A stretch of DNA of 56,121 nt from Parcubacteria group bacterium (GTDB lineage: Bacteria > Patescibacteriota > Minisyncoccia > UBA6257 > UBA11618): positions 3,688-59,808 of the forward strand of contig CALQZH010000003.1 in assembly GCA_943349395.1 (NCBI GenBank), written 5' to 3'. The position numbers and the translations under genes are program-made. Numbering within the stretch: position 1 is the stretch's first letter; every line of letters begins with the position of its first letter. Shown piece by piece: positions 1 through 8,337 of the stretch. The notes beneath the pieces were generated by a model. The model was not told the origin of the DNA, did not search any database, and saw nothing but the letters and a program-made list of their open reading frames with translations.

Positions 1-56
1 GATTCATCGAAAACAAAAAAGCGCCGAACTCAAGATCCGGAGCTTTTCTCTCTTTC

Positions 57-476
57 TTATGCGAACGTCAGGACGAGTGCCATCGCGAACATCGAGACGA
101 GGCTTTCCGCCGCGTTGAAGGCGAAGAGCTTGAACGGCTTTCCTTCCCAGAGAAAGCTTCCTGCTTGCGTGGTCGCTATGAAGCCGAGCCAGGGCCAGAA
201 CGCGAGCATGAAGGCGAACGAGACGGTGCCTGATTCGCCCATGAAGCTCCCCCATACGTACGCTTCGGCCGCGAGGACGTAGGCTATCACGAGCGCCGTT
301 ACGGCTCCGCCGCATATCGCCTGGCCTGCCGTAAGCGGCATATTTTTCATATCGCTATCCGAGAAGCCCATCATCCTCTTCCAATGCTTCCCGAAGACCG
401 GCCCGTACCACAGCATGCCGATGACCATATTCGCTATCGCCGCTCCTACGACTCCCCAATGATTGATAGAGATCAT
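57..476 (-). CDS. DUF1761-like small integral membrane protein
   Basis: 139-aa ORF with several hydrophobic helices. The N-terminus WGVVGAAIANMVIGMLWYGPVFGKHW resembles the DUF1761 signature. Confidence 0.6.
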   Translation of the reverse strand: MISINHWGVVGAAIANMVIGMLWYGPVFGKHWKRMMGFSDSDMKNMPLTAGQAICGGAVTALVIAYVLAAEAYVWGSFMGESGTVSFAFMLAFWPWLGFIATTQAGSFLWEGKPFKLFAFNAAESLVSMFAMALVLTFA

Positions 477-518
477 GGCCTCATCATATCTTTTTCGCCC
501 CGGGATAGTCTATGATTC

Positions 519-1283
519 ATGATTATGCTGACTCGGGCGGTGGTTCTGGCGGCGGGGAGCGGCAGGCGTATGGCGAGCGATATTCCCAAGGTACTCGTGC
601 CGTTGGCCGGCACGCCGCTTCTGATCCGCCTCCTCACTTCCATCGTTGCCGCAGGGATCGACGCGGAGCCGGTCATCGTTGTCGGCGAGAACAAGCTCCT
701 TATCGAGAGGGCTTTGAATGATCATGGAGTTCGCGTGCGGTATGCCGTGCAAGCCAAGCCTCTCGGTACGGGCCATGCTGTGCGCGCGGCGCAGGCCGCA
801 TGTGCCGGCGCGGAGCGCATTGTCGTCCTCTACGGCGACCATCCGCTCGTCTCCCCCGCGACCATCCGCGCGCTGTGCGATGCCTATGTCGCAGGTTCCG
901 GTCCTGTCGCGCTCGCGACGGCCATTGCGCCTGATTTTTCGGGCGTTCATGCCCCTTTTGCGGATTTCGGCCGCATCATCAGGAACGATGCCGGACGCAT
1001 CATGAAGATCGTGGAGAAGAAAGACACGACTCCTCATGAGCTTGCCGTGCGCGAGGTCAATCCTGCATATTTCTGCTTTTCCGCCGCATGGCTATGGGAG
1101 AAGCTTGCCATGCTTACGAATGAGAATGCCCAAAAGGAGTATTATCTCGGCGATACCCTCCAGGCGGCGATTCGCGAGGGTTACACGATCGCATCCGTCG
1201 CTATCAGTCCGCATGAGGCGCTCGGCGTGAATACGCCAGAGCATTTGAGAGCTGCCGAATTGCTTCTCGGATCTATCTCATAA
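519..1283 (+). CDS. Sugar-phosphate nucleotidyltransferase (GlmU N-terminal-domain-like)
   Basis: 254-aa ORF with an ATG start. It has the LAAGSGRRM nucleotide-binding loop and GTGHAV and YGD motifs typical of GlmU/RmlA-fold nucleotidyltransferases. There is no C-terminal left-handed beta-helix acetyltransferase domain. Confidence 0.8.
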   Translation: MIMLTRAVVLAAGSGRRMASDIPKVLVPLAGTPLLIRLLTSIVAAGIDAEPVIVVGENKLLIERALNDHGVRVRYAVQAKPLGTGHAVRAAQAACAGAERIVVLYGDHPLVSPATIRALCDAYVAGSGPVALATAIAPDFSGVHAPFADFGRIIRNDAGRIMKIVEKKDTTPHELAVREVNPAYFCFSAAWLWEKLAMLTNENAQKEYYLGDTLQAAIREGYTIASVAISPHEALGVNTPEHLRAAELLLGSIS

Positions 1284-1297
1284 CGGTTTGCGTCGCG

Positions 1298-1331
1298 AAA
1301 AAAAGCCCGGCATGACCACATGCCGGGCTTC
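1298..1331. terminator. Bidirectional intrinsic terminator between convergent genes
   Basis: Hairpin AGCCCGGCA-N8-TGCCGGGCT flanked by an A-run upstream and TT downstream. Confidence 0.6.
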
Positions 1332-1356
1332 GGGCTCTTCATCTCTTCCCTTCGGA

Positions 1357-2052
1357 TTATGCAGAAATCGCTCGCACGAATGCGGCGATTTTATCCGCAT
1401 CCAGTTCCGTGTCCGATTTGCTGATTCCTGTCGCCACGAGGAAGCAGTCCGCGTATTCGCAGAAATCCCGGACATTCTCCGGCGTCATGCCGCTCGCGAT
1501 TGCGAGCGGATGCTTGCCGATAGCCCGTTTCATGCACGCGATCTTCTCAACCGAGGGAGGGTATCCCGTCGCGGGGCCGCTCGTCGTGATCACGTCGATA
1601 TAGGGCATCGCGAGATGCGCTGCCTTTCCAGGATCATCCGGCTTTTTTTGATGCTTGAAGGCGACGCCGCCGAAGTAGATGCCGTGCGTCCCGTATCGAT
1701 TGCGGAGTTCGGCGAATTCCCTGGCTTTAGCGACCGGGTCGAGAGCCGCATCATCGATGCCGCCGTCGTCTCTCCATAATCCCCCGACGGTCATCGGCGT
1801 TCTCGTCAGGGTGTCTTTCACATCGAGGTCGAGGCAGTTCAGCCCTATCCACAGGCTCGGGCATTCTCTCCGCGCGTGGGCGTACCAGATAATGAGATCG
1901 CACGCGGGGTTCTGGTGGTTGATCAGGAATATGCCGTCTGCTCTCGCCTCTTCGGCGATCTTGGCATTCCTCAGGACTTGCTCTTCGCTTATCGCGTGGA
2001 TTACCGCGAGCATTGTTCGCGGTTTCGGGAACATGTTCCTGTACAGGTTCAT
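1357..2052 (-). CDS. BtpA/SgcQ-like TIM-barrel protein (putative)
   Basis: Start chosen at MNLYRNMF inside the 260-aa ORF. The C-terminus IASGMTPENVRDFCEYADCFLVATGISK resembles the phosphate-binding end of BtpA-family barrels. Confidence 0.5.
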   Translation of the reverse strand: MNLYRNMFPKPRTMLAVIHAISEEQVLRNAKIAEEARADGIFLINHQNPACDLIIWYAHARRECPSLWIGLNCLDLDVKDTLTRTPMTVGGLWRDDGGIDDAALDPVAKAREFAELRNRYGTHGIYFGGVAFKHQKKPDDPGKAAHLAMPYIDVITTSGPATGYPPSVEKIACMKRAIGKHPLAIASGMTPENVRDFCEYADCFLVATGISKSDTELDADKIAAFVRAISA

Positions 2053-2135
2053 CTCTCTGCTCCGTTCGTTCGAGTTCGGTTGATTCAGTTCACAATGAGA
2101 ATCTACGCGGATGATAGGAGAGCATCGTCCGTCTG

Positions 2136-3101
2136 TCAAGGATTCCCTGCTGGTGCCGTTTTTTTCGCATTATGCCGCATGCCGAAAACGATCCGCTCTT
2201 CGGCTATATTCGTCACGTAGTGGAATGGCCTCTTTGATGACCCGAGGAAGCCCGGTGCGCGCAAGATCATGAGCGTTCCGGGAGCCGTGGGGAGCTTCTG
2301 CCGGCCCGTTCCTTCGCGATCGGCGCAGAGGAATACGTCTCCTCTCCCCTTCAGCGTGAGAACGAGAACGAGATCGACACTCGATCTGTTGTCCATGTGC
2401 GGGGTTATGCCGATCGATCCCGTGTCGTATTTCTGCAGGCTCATCTCGTTGAAACCGATCATCCTCGTGCCGAAGGGGTTCATGGCTGCTTGGGACAGCT
2501 TCCCGTTCATCATGTCCGCGATCTCTTCCGCGAGCGCGATGAACGGGCTCCCTTCTGGGAATTCGCCGCATGAAGAGAGCTCTTCGCGGACTTTATGCGG
2601 GCCGACGACGGTCGGCTGCTTCTCATATGCGCATTTTTCAGCTACATGCATGAGCGCGATACGCCGTTCTTCGGGCAGGATCGGAAATGCCGTGCCGCCA
2701 TAGAGCGTAAGCTCGCGCATGACGAGATCGATGTCGAAATCGAGCAGACTTTTCATGACCGGGGCGTGCCGCGTGATCGTGACGGATGGCGTGCCGTTTT
2801 CCCAGATCGCGGGTTTCTCCACCCTTACCCGCACTGCGCGGAGTCGGTCGTCTTCCAATATCCGCGCAGCGATCGTATCCGCGAGCGTCTCTATGAGCTC
2901 GCAGTGCGGGCCTTCGATCACGTCCTGCGCGATCTTTTTCGGGATGCGGTAGTCGACGGTTTCCGCGAGGTCTTCGCGGACGATATTCGCGCGATACGGC
3001 GTGAGGGCGAGGCTTACGCGGAAGGGCTGGGGCGCCAAGCGTTCCTTTTCCGTCGCGCCGTGCGTGCCGCGGAATGAGAGGTTCGAGATGCGTATTGTCA
3101 T
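2136..3101 (-). CDS. Fusion protein: FolB-like dihydroneopterin aldolase domain plus 2OG-Fe(II) oxygenase-like domain
   Basis: 321-aa ORF. The first ~115 aa (ISNLSFRGTHGATEKERL...VDY...LIETLADTIAARIL) match the FolB/tunnelling-fold pattern. The C-terminal ~200 aa carry an HxD (ITPHMDNRS) plus distal H (RPFHYV) and R (FGMRH) arrangement typical of Fe/2OG dioxygenases. Confidence 0.75.
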   Translation of the reverse strand: MTIRISNLSFRGTHGATEKERLAPQPFRVSLALTPYRANIVREDLAETVDYRIPKKIAQDVIEGPHCELIETLADTIAARILEDDRLRAVRVRVEKPAIWENGTPSVTITRHAPVMKSLLDFDIDLVMRELTLYGGTAFPILPEERRIALMHVAEKCAYEKQPTVVGPHKVREELSSCGEFPEGSPFIALAEEIADMMNGKLSQAAMNPFGTRMIGFNEMSLQKYDTGSIGITPHMDNRSSVDLVLVLTLKGRGDVFLCADREGTGRQKLPTAPGTLMILRAPGFLGSSKRPFHYVTNIAEERIVFGMRHNAKKTAPAGNP

Positions 3102-3125
3102 GGGGATTTTCGGTTATCGGATGGA

Positions 3126-3155
3126 TAAAAAAGCTTCCCCGGAGGGGGAAGCTTT
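3126..3155 (-). terminator. Intrinsic terminator inside the 5' leader of the FolB-fusion gene
   Basis: On the minus strand: AGCUUCCCC-CUCC-GGGGAAGCU followed by UUUUUUAU, 25 nt upstream of the ATG at 3101. Confidence 0.7.
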
Positions 3156-3279
3156 CAGCCGTCCGACGAGACGGGCCTATGGCATCAGATTCCCTCCGGG
3201 CGCGACAGGTCGGCCTCTCGGACGAATCCGGACCATGTCATGACTCGGCGGGTATGCATCATGGTTTCATGATACCATA
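3156..3279 (-). promoter_or_regulatory. Structured 5' leader (riboswitch/attenuator candidate) with a TATGGT -10 box
   Basis: Minus-strand TATGGT lies at 3279-3274. The leader holds a UUCG-capped hairpin (3230-3219). A CCGGAGGG segment (3199-3192) is complementary to CCCUCCGG within the terminator, so an antiterminator alternative is possible. Confidence 0.45.
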
Positions 3280-3366
3280 TCTTTTTTCCGATGTTTTTGG
3301 GGCTTGTAATGCGTCGGCAGTGCCGCCGTCTTCTTGTACATAGACATCTAATTACACTTTCTCACT

Positions 3367-4467
3367 ATGACCAAGATGATGATGGCCTTATGGACGGTTG
3401 TCGTGCTCGCGATTGCCGGAGGGATAGCCTATGCCGTGTATTCCCTTCCCCCGGCGCCTATCGCTCCCGTTTCCGCTGCGAATGTTCCGGTCGCGGCCAT
3501 TCCCGTTCCCGCGGCTCCCGCATTACCCCAGCCCGGAGCGCCTTCCGTCGTGACGAGCGCGAGCGTCATTCCTTCCGATTCGGCCGCGGTCGTTACGGGT
3601 GCTATTGATCCGAACGGCGCCTTCACGACATATTGGTACGAATACGGAACATCGCCCGATGCCGCTCTTCCCCTTTCGAGCCCGCGGCAGATGATAGGGT
3701 CCGGGTACGCTTCGACTCCGGCATTCGGCTATATCACCGGCCTTTCGAGCGGCGCTTCGTATTATTTCCGCCTCGTCGGCGAAAACCAATATGGCAGGGT
3801 TTCGGGCCTGCGATATCCGTTCCAAACGACGCGTGGCAATCCTCCTCCTGCAGGAAGCGTTCCTACGCCGCGGAGTTCGGCCGCAACCGGCATAACGAGG
3901 ACCGCCGCGACTCTCAATGGAACGGTGAATCCCAACAGGGCGTCGACCCAGTATTGGTTCGAGTACGGAACGACGCCTAGCCTGGGCAATGCTTCGGCGC
4001 TCGAGCAGGTCGGAGACGGATCGGCTCCTCGCGCGGTATCCGTCTCCCTTTCCGATCTCAATCCTTCTTCCGCGTATTATTTCCGTCTCAATGCCCAAAA
4101 CCAATTCGGGACCGCGAATGGCGCGATTCTGAGTTTCAAGACCGCGGGCTCTTCGGCCGCTGCCGATCCTTATGTCGTGACCGGGGCGATCTCGAGCATC
4201 GGCGCTTCTTCGGCCACGTTGCATGGCTCGGTCAATCCAAACGGCATGGAAACGTCGTATTGGTTCGAATATGCGCCGAATCCTCCTTTCGGCGTATCCC
4301 TTTCCGTTTCGACAGCGCGGCAGTCCATCGGTGCGGGAACGGCTGCGTTTCCCGTCGCGGCCAGCGTTTCCGGACTGAAGCCGAAGACGGGCTATTATGT
4401 CCGTTTGGTCGCGCAGGGCAGTTCAGGCATCGTGTACGGGGATCGGAAATCATTCAAGACGGATTAG
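3367..4467 (+). CDS. Membrane-anchored/secreted protein with three tandem ~95-aa repeat domains
   Basis: 366-aa ORF with an N-terminal hydrophobic anchor. Three repeats each contain NPNG..T.YW(Y/F)EYG and YY(F/V)RL motifs (Fn3/Ig-like beta domains by pattern). Confidence 0.85.
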   Translation: MTKMMMALWTVVVLAIAGGIAYAVYSLPPAPIAPVSAANVPVAAIPVPAAPALPQPGAPSVVTSASVIPSDSAAVVTGAIDPNGAFTTYWYEYGTSPDAALPLSSPRQMIGSGYASTPAFGYITGLSSGASYYFRLVGENQYGRVSGLRYPFQTTRGNPPPAGSVPTPRSSAATGITRTAATLNGTVNPNRASTQYWFEYGTTPSLGNASALEQVGDGSAPRAVSVSLSDLNPSSAYYFRLNAQNQFGTANGAILSFKTAGSSAAADPYVVTGAISSIGASSATLHGSVNPNGMETSYWFEYAPNPPFGVSLSVSTARQSIGAGTAAFPVAASVSGLKPKTGYYVRLVAQGSSGIVYGDRKSFKTD

Positions 4468-4476
4468 GGCGCGCGA

Positions 4477-5670
4477 TTGCCGTGGTATGATATAGTCATG
4501 CACGAGCGTTGCTTTTGGAGCGATCCCGGATACGAGGCCAATGATCCGCTCATAGGGAACCGGCGGGCGCGGTGGCTCATCGCGGGCGGCGGCGTTGCCG
4601 GGCTTTTCGCCGCGTATTTCCTCTTGAAACGTGGCGAACGCGATATTGCCATCATCGAGAAGAATACCGTCGGGTCCGGGTCGACCGGGCATTCCGCCGG
4701 CATGCTCGTTGCCGATCTCGAGACCGGGCCCTGGAGCGCGGTGATCGCGAATTATGGCGCGGAGGCGGCTGGCGCGTATATGCGCGCGCAAGAGGAGGTT
4801 CAGCGCACCGTTGCCGCGCTCATCGAGAACGAGGGCATCGCGTGCGATTTTTCCCTGCGCGATTTCGTATTGCTCAACGATTCCGAATGGGCCATCCGCC
4901 GGACCATGCGGGAATTTGCCGCGCGGCATGCCATCGATCCCCGCCACCCCACCATTCTCGAGGAGGAGGAACTGCAGAATGAGATCCGGAGCGGCGAGTT
5001 CTCCTTCGGGGAGTATGTCGAGCGGGGCCTTACGGTGAATCCCTTGAAATTCGCCCATGGGATCAAGGCGTATCTCATGCGGCACGGCGTTCGCGTGTAC
5101 GAGCATACGCCGCTCCTCTCGTATCGCGACGGCGTCGCATACGTCCCTCACGGGACGGTCTCGTGCGGGCATTGCATCCATGCGTCGGGAACCTGGCTCC
5201 GCGATGCGAAGCTCCGGAATTACATGACGACGATCGGCGTCACCCGCCCCCTTTCCACCCCAGAGCTCGCCGCGCTGAACCTTGCCGACAAGGACATGTT
5301 CGAGGACGACGGGAAGCGGTCGTACCATTATGGGAAGATAACCGCTGACAATCGATTGCTTGTCGGCTATGGCGACGTGCTTGGGGTTCCCGATGTTCCC
5401 ATGGTTTCCCTCCATACGCCCCATGTCGAGAATATCAGGCGCTTCGTACGGCGTTTCACGGGGCATGATATCCCTCTCGAGTATGCCTGGACCGGGCAGT
5501 ATTCCCTTTCGACCGGCCTTACGGCGCAGATCGTTCTCGGCGAGCGCGAGAGCTCTATCGGCGGGGCGGGCACGCAGATAGCTTCCATCACGGCCGCCTC
5601 CTATCTCGCTGCCGCGCTATGCAGGGAGCCGCATCCGCTCGACGCCATCTTCGAACGCGGTCGGGAGTAG
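4477..5670 (+). CDS. FAD-dependent oxidoreductase (DAO family)
   Basis: 397-aa ORF with the dinucleotide-binding motif IAGGGVAGLFAAYFL...IIEK. Start may be TTG at 4477 or ATG at 4498. Confidence 0.8.
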   Translation: MPWYDIVMHERCFWSDPGYEANDPLIGNRRARWLIAGGGVAGLFAAYFLLKRGERDIAIIEKNTVGSGSTGHSAGMLVADLETGPWSAVIANYGAEAAGAYMRAQEEVQRTVAALIENEGIACDFSLRDFVLLNDSEWAIRRTMREFAARHAIDPRHPTILEEEELQNEIRSGEFSFGEYVERGLTVNPLKFAHGIKAYLMRHGVRVYEHTPLLSYRDGVAYVPHGTVSCGHCIHASGTWLRDAKLRNYMTTIGVTRPLSTPELAALNLADKDMFEDDGKRSYHYGKITADNRLLVGYGDVLGVPDVPMVSLHTPHVENIRRFVRRFTGHDIPLEYAWTGQYSLSTGLTAQIVLGERESSIGGAGTQIASITAASYLAAALCREPHPLDAIFERGRE

Positions 5671-5673
5671 TAT

Positions 5674-5994
5674 ATGGCGACTTCCAAAGAGACGATAGCC
5701 TTCATCCTTTCCCGGCTCGGGGATGATTCGCGCTTTTCCGCGCGAGCGATGTTCGGCGAATATGCCCTGTATGCGGACGGGAAGGTCGTCGCTCTCATAT
5801 GCGGCGATACGCTGTATGTGAAGATGCTTCCGGCAAGCGCATGTCTTGCGGCATCGTGCGAGCAGGGGCCGCCCTATCCGGGAGCGAAGCCTCATTACAT
5901 AGTCAGTGACGATATCATATCCTCGATCGATAATCTTCCCGCGATCTTTTTCGCGATTGCCCGATCCATTCCGGAAAAGAAGGCGAAACGATGA
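5674..5994 (+). CDS. TfoX N-terminal domain protein
   Basis: 106-aa ORF. MFGEYALYADGKVVALICGDTLYVK matches the TfoX_N pattern. Confidence 0.65.
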   Translation: MATSKETIAFILSRLGDDSRFSARAMFGEYALYADGKVVALICGDTLYVKMLPASACLAASCEQGPPYPGAKPHYIVSDDIISSIDNLPAIFFAIARSIPEKKAKR

Positions 5995-6260
5995 CGTATC
6001 ATGCGTATATCCTCGAATGCGCCGATGGTACGCTGTATTGCGGCTCGACGAACGATCTTGACCGGAGGCTTGCCGCCCACAATGGGTCGAAGGCGGGGGC
6101 GCATTATACGAAGATACGGCGGCCTGTCGTTCTGCGTTACTCCGAACTCTTCCCGACATTCCGGGAGGCGCGACAGAGGGAGAAACAGATACAGGCATTG
6201 CCGCGCGCGAAGAAGTTGGATCTTATCGCGGCTTGTCTCGCGCGCGAAAAAGCCCCGTGA
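5991..6260 (+). CDS. GIY-YIG domain protein (UPF0213-like)
   Basis: 89-aa ORF. YILECADGTLYCGSTNDLDRRLAAHN is the GIY-YIG core. A 4-nt ATGA overlap with the upstream gene suggests translational coupling. Confidence 0.85.
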   Translation: MTYHAYILECADGTLYCGSTNDLDRRLAAHNGSKAGAHYTKIRRPVVLRYSELFPTFREARQREKQIQALPRAKKLDLIAACLAREKAP

Positions 6261-6285
6261 GGGGCTTTTCTGCTGATGCTTCGTA

Positions 6286-6546
6286 TTATTTCGTACCCAT
6301 CATTCCCGCGTGCGGCATCATGCCGTATTTTTCGGCACCCATCCACATCTTCCTCTCGCCGTACTGCATGCCGGCCCAGAAGACGAGCACGAGGATCGCT
6401 ATCTTTATCACGACCTTCGCGAACCCGTGCCCGCATCCGCACCCTCCGCATGATCCCATATTGGCGCAGCCGGCGCCCTTGCATGAGCCGCACCCCCCAC
6501 AGTCCTCGCCGCACATCCTCCCGTTGTTCTTTTCCATATGATTCAT
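6286..6546 (-). CDS. Small Cys/Gly-rich, Met/His-rich single-pass membrane protein
   Basis: 86-aa ORF (alternative ATG at 6537). The N-terminus has 9 Cys in CGxxCGGCGSC...CGGCGCG, followed by one TM helix and a C-terminal MWMGAEKYGMMPHAGMMG tail. Confidence 0.55.
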   Translation of the reverse strand: MNHMEKNNGRMCGEDCGGCGSCKGAGCANMGSCGGCGCGHGFAKVVIKIAILVLVFWAGMQYGERKMWMGAEKYGMMPHAGMMGTK

Positions 6547-6585
6547 TCTTCGGTTTATATGACCTTTCTCCAGACTCTAAGCATA

Positions 6586-7020
6586 CCATATCACTCGCGG
6601 GGGCACGCGATAAGCCGGATTCTGTTCCGCCTTGCGGCGGATGGCGGCCATTTGTCTGAGCGGCACTCCCCCGACGCGCAGCGTCGGAAGCGCGAAATCC
6701 GATCCGCCAGCTGGCGGACGAGCTTCGTATTTCCGATGCTGCGCATCGGGGGCACGGCCTTGCACCCGAGCAAGGATTTAGCCGTTTCATCCCGATCTTC
6801 GACTATCGGGCATATCCTTCCGTTCCTTGCGGAACGGCGGGATCCCCCTCTCCTTTCGGATCGGGGCGTTTCTGTTCGCACCTCTCCGTTGCCGGCGACG
6901 GCCTTTCGACCGCTGCTTGTTGTTTGCCCTCCTTGCGGAAGGCAAGAGTGTCCGGACTTTCCTCCCGCTCCGCTTGCGCGGAACGAGCGGCCGTCTGGCG
7001 TACCCCCACGAGTGATATCG
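6586..7020 (-). ncRNA. rnpB: RNase P RNA (bacterial type A-like)
   Basis: The minus strand contains GGAGGAAAGUCCGGAC (P4/CR-I) and ACAGAAUCCGGCUUAUCG (CR-V). The 5'/3' ends pair (AUAUCACUCGUGGGGG with CCCCCGCGAGUGAUAU). No credible ORF is present in the region. Confidence 0.85.
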
Positions 7021-7061
7021 AAGCCATACACCAGCTTCTCGCTACCCGGAATATGACACGC

Positions 7062-7463
7062 CTATTTCCGGCTGTCGAGCGTTTCGTTCACGAGCGCGTC
7101 GGCCGCTGCATTTTCTTCTCGGGGGATCTCCACGAAACCGACTGCCTCGAAGTTCCTGATGAGCTCCCGCGCTTCCATGCAGAGCTTTCTCAAATGCTCC
7201 TGCTTGATCTTGTATTTGCCCGTTATCTGGCGCGCGATGAGCTGGCTGTCGATATGGATCTCGAGCGCCGTTTTTCCGGCGCCATCTCCCGCGATTTTCG
7301 CCGCGCTTTTCAGCGCCGAAATGACCGCCTTGTATTCGGCGACATTATTCGTCGTTTCGCCGATGTATTCGCCGTAGCCCGTGCCGTCTATCACGACGCC
7401 TATCGCCGCCGGTCCCGGATTCCCGCGAGCCCCTCCGTCCGTATGTATGGATATCGTGCGCAT
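7062..7463 (-). CDS. rnhA: Ribonuclease HI
   Basis: MRTISIHTDGGARGNPGPAAIG...NNVAEYKAV...NAAADALVN matches the RNase H type 1 catalytic motifs. Start chosen at the third in-frame start. Confidence 0.85.
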   Translation of the reverse strand: MRTISIHTDGGARGNPGPAAIGVVIDGTGYGEYIGETTNNVAEYKAVISALKSAAKIAGDGAGKTALEIHIDSQLIARQITGKYKIKQEHLRKLCMEARELIRNFEAVGFVEIPREENAAADALVNETLDSRK

Positions 7464-7474
7464 ATTTTTTCCCA

Positions 7475-8299
7475 TCACGCCGTTTTCCAGGGTAATGGCA
7501 TGCCGTCTTTTATGGTGAAGCCAGCCGCTGCCTTGTGCCCGCCGCCGCCGTGCCGCGCGGCGAGTTCAGCGACGTCGAAGTCCGTTGCTGAGCGGAGAGA
7601 TACCACGATCTTCCCGCGCTTCCTGTCCCAGACTATTCCGAAGGGAGGCATGTCGCACGCGAGCTTGTGGCCGATGATGCTTCGGAAGCACGGCGAGTTA
7701 ACTGCCAGCACCTTATAGCCTTCGAATATCACCTCTTCCGCGTTATCGCGGACGATGCGTTCCATGAGCCGGTCCTCGTTCATGAGAAGCAGCCGCCCCT
7801 TTTCCGCGCATCCCTGCAGATCGTCGGCTATCTCCTTTTCGAGCGCGTCCCATGCGGCGAAATCGGGCGGCGCGATGTCCAGATATGCCGATATCTCTTT
7901 CGCGTGCGGCAGGTCCCATTGCCACAGGTCTCCGGCTTCGGCATATGCGAGGATCGCGGGAACGGGCGTCCCGGGATGGAAATAGTCCCATGCAATCGTC
8001 GAGCCCGACCGGCCGTTGTCGAATACGCCTCCTTCCGTGAGCCGTACGGCCGGCTCGCGCATCGCGTGATGGTCGAGCGCCGTCACCCGGCGATTCTTCG
8101 CGATCAGGGCTTTCATAACCTCTTCGTCATAGCAGAAATCTACCAAGTACACGTCCGTGCCTTTGGCCGCCTCGGGAGGCGGTTCCTGGTGGATAACGGG
8201 CAGATAGTTGGCCGTATCGCCCAACTTCTTCCATGCTGCCCACGCGGCGCCGAAGCCGTCGGTACAGTTCTTATGATAGAGGACGATGGTCGGTTTCAT
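7475..8299 (-). CDS. DHH/DHHA1-family phosphoesterase
   Basis: Start at MKPTIVLYHKNCTDGF. It has a DHH motif (ALDHH) and the C-terminal GGGGHKAAAGF DHHA1 motif. The upstream part of the 368-aa ORF is R/G-rich and overlaps the pgk 3' end. Confidence 0.85.
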   Translation of the reverse strand: MKPTIVLYHKNCTDGFGAAWAAWKKLGDTANYLPVIHQEPPPEAAKGTDVYLVDFCYDEEVMKALIAKNRRVTALDHHAMREPAVRLTEGGVFDNGRSGSTIAWDYFHPGTPVPAILAYAEAGDLWQWDLPHAKEISAYLDIAPPDFAAWDALEKEIADDLQGCAEKGRLLLMNEDRLMERIVRDNAEEVIFEGYKVLAVNSPCFRSIIGHKLACDMPPFGIVWDRKRGKIVVSLRSATDFDVAELAARHGGGGHKAAAGFTIKDGMPLPWKTA

Positions 8300-8337
8300 T
8301 GAGTGGAGCATACGTCGAATCGGGCTTCCAGCGCAAT

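Noticed and set aside
6701-6718. Shared palindromic string CCGCCAGCTGGCGG(A), present in RNase P RNA, in the tRNA-Gln insert (14812-14828) and as CCAGCTGGCGGA in the TraD-like CDS (about 30957-30968). It might be a mobile mini-palindrome.
   Set aside because: It is only 12-14 nt, GC-rich and self-complementary. One copy lies inside a well-conserved CDS, and there is no extended flanking similarity. It is most likely chance in GC-rich DNA.
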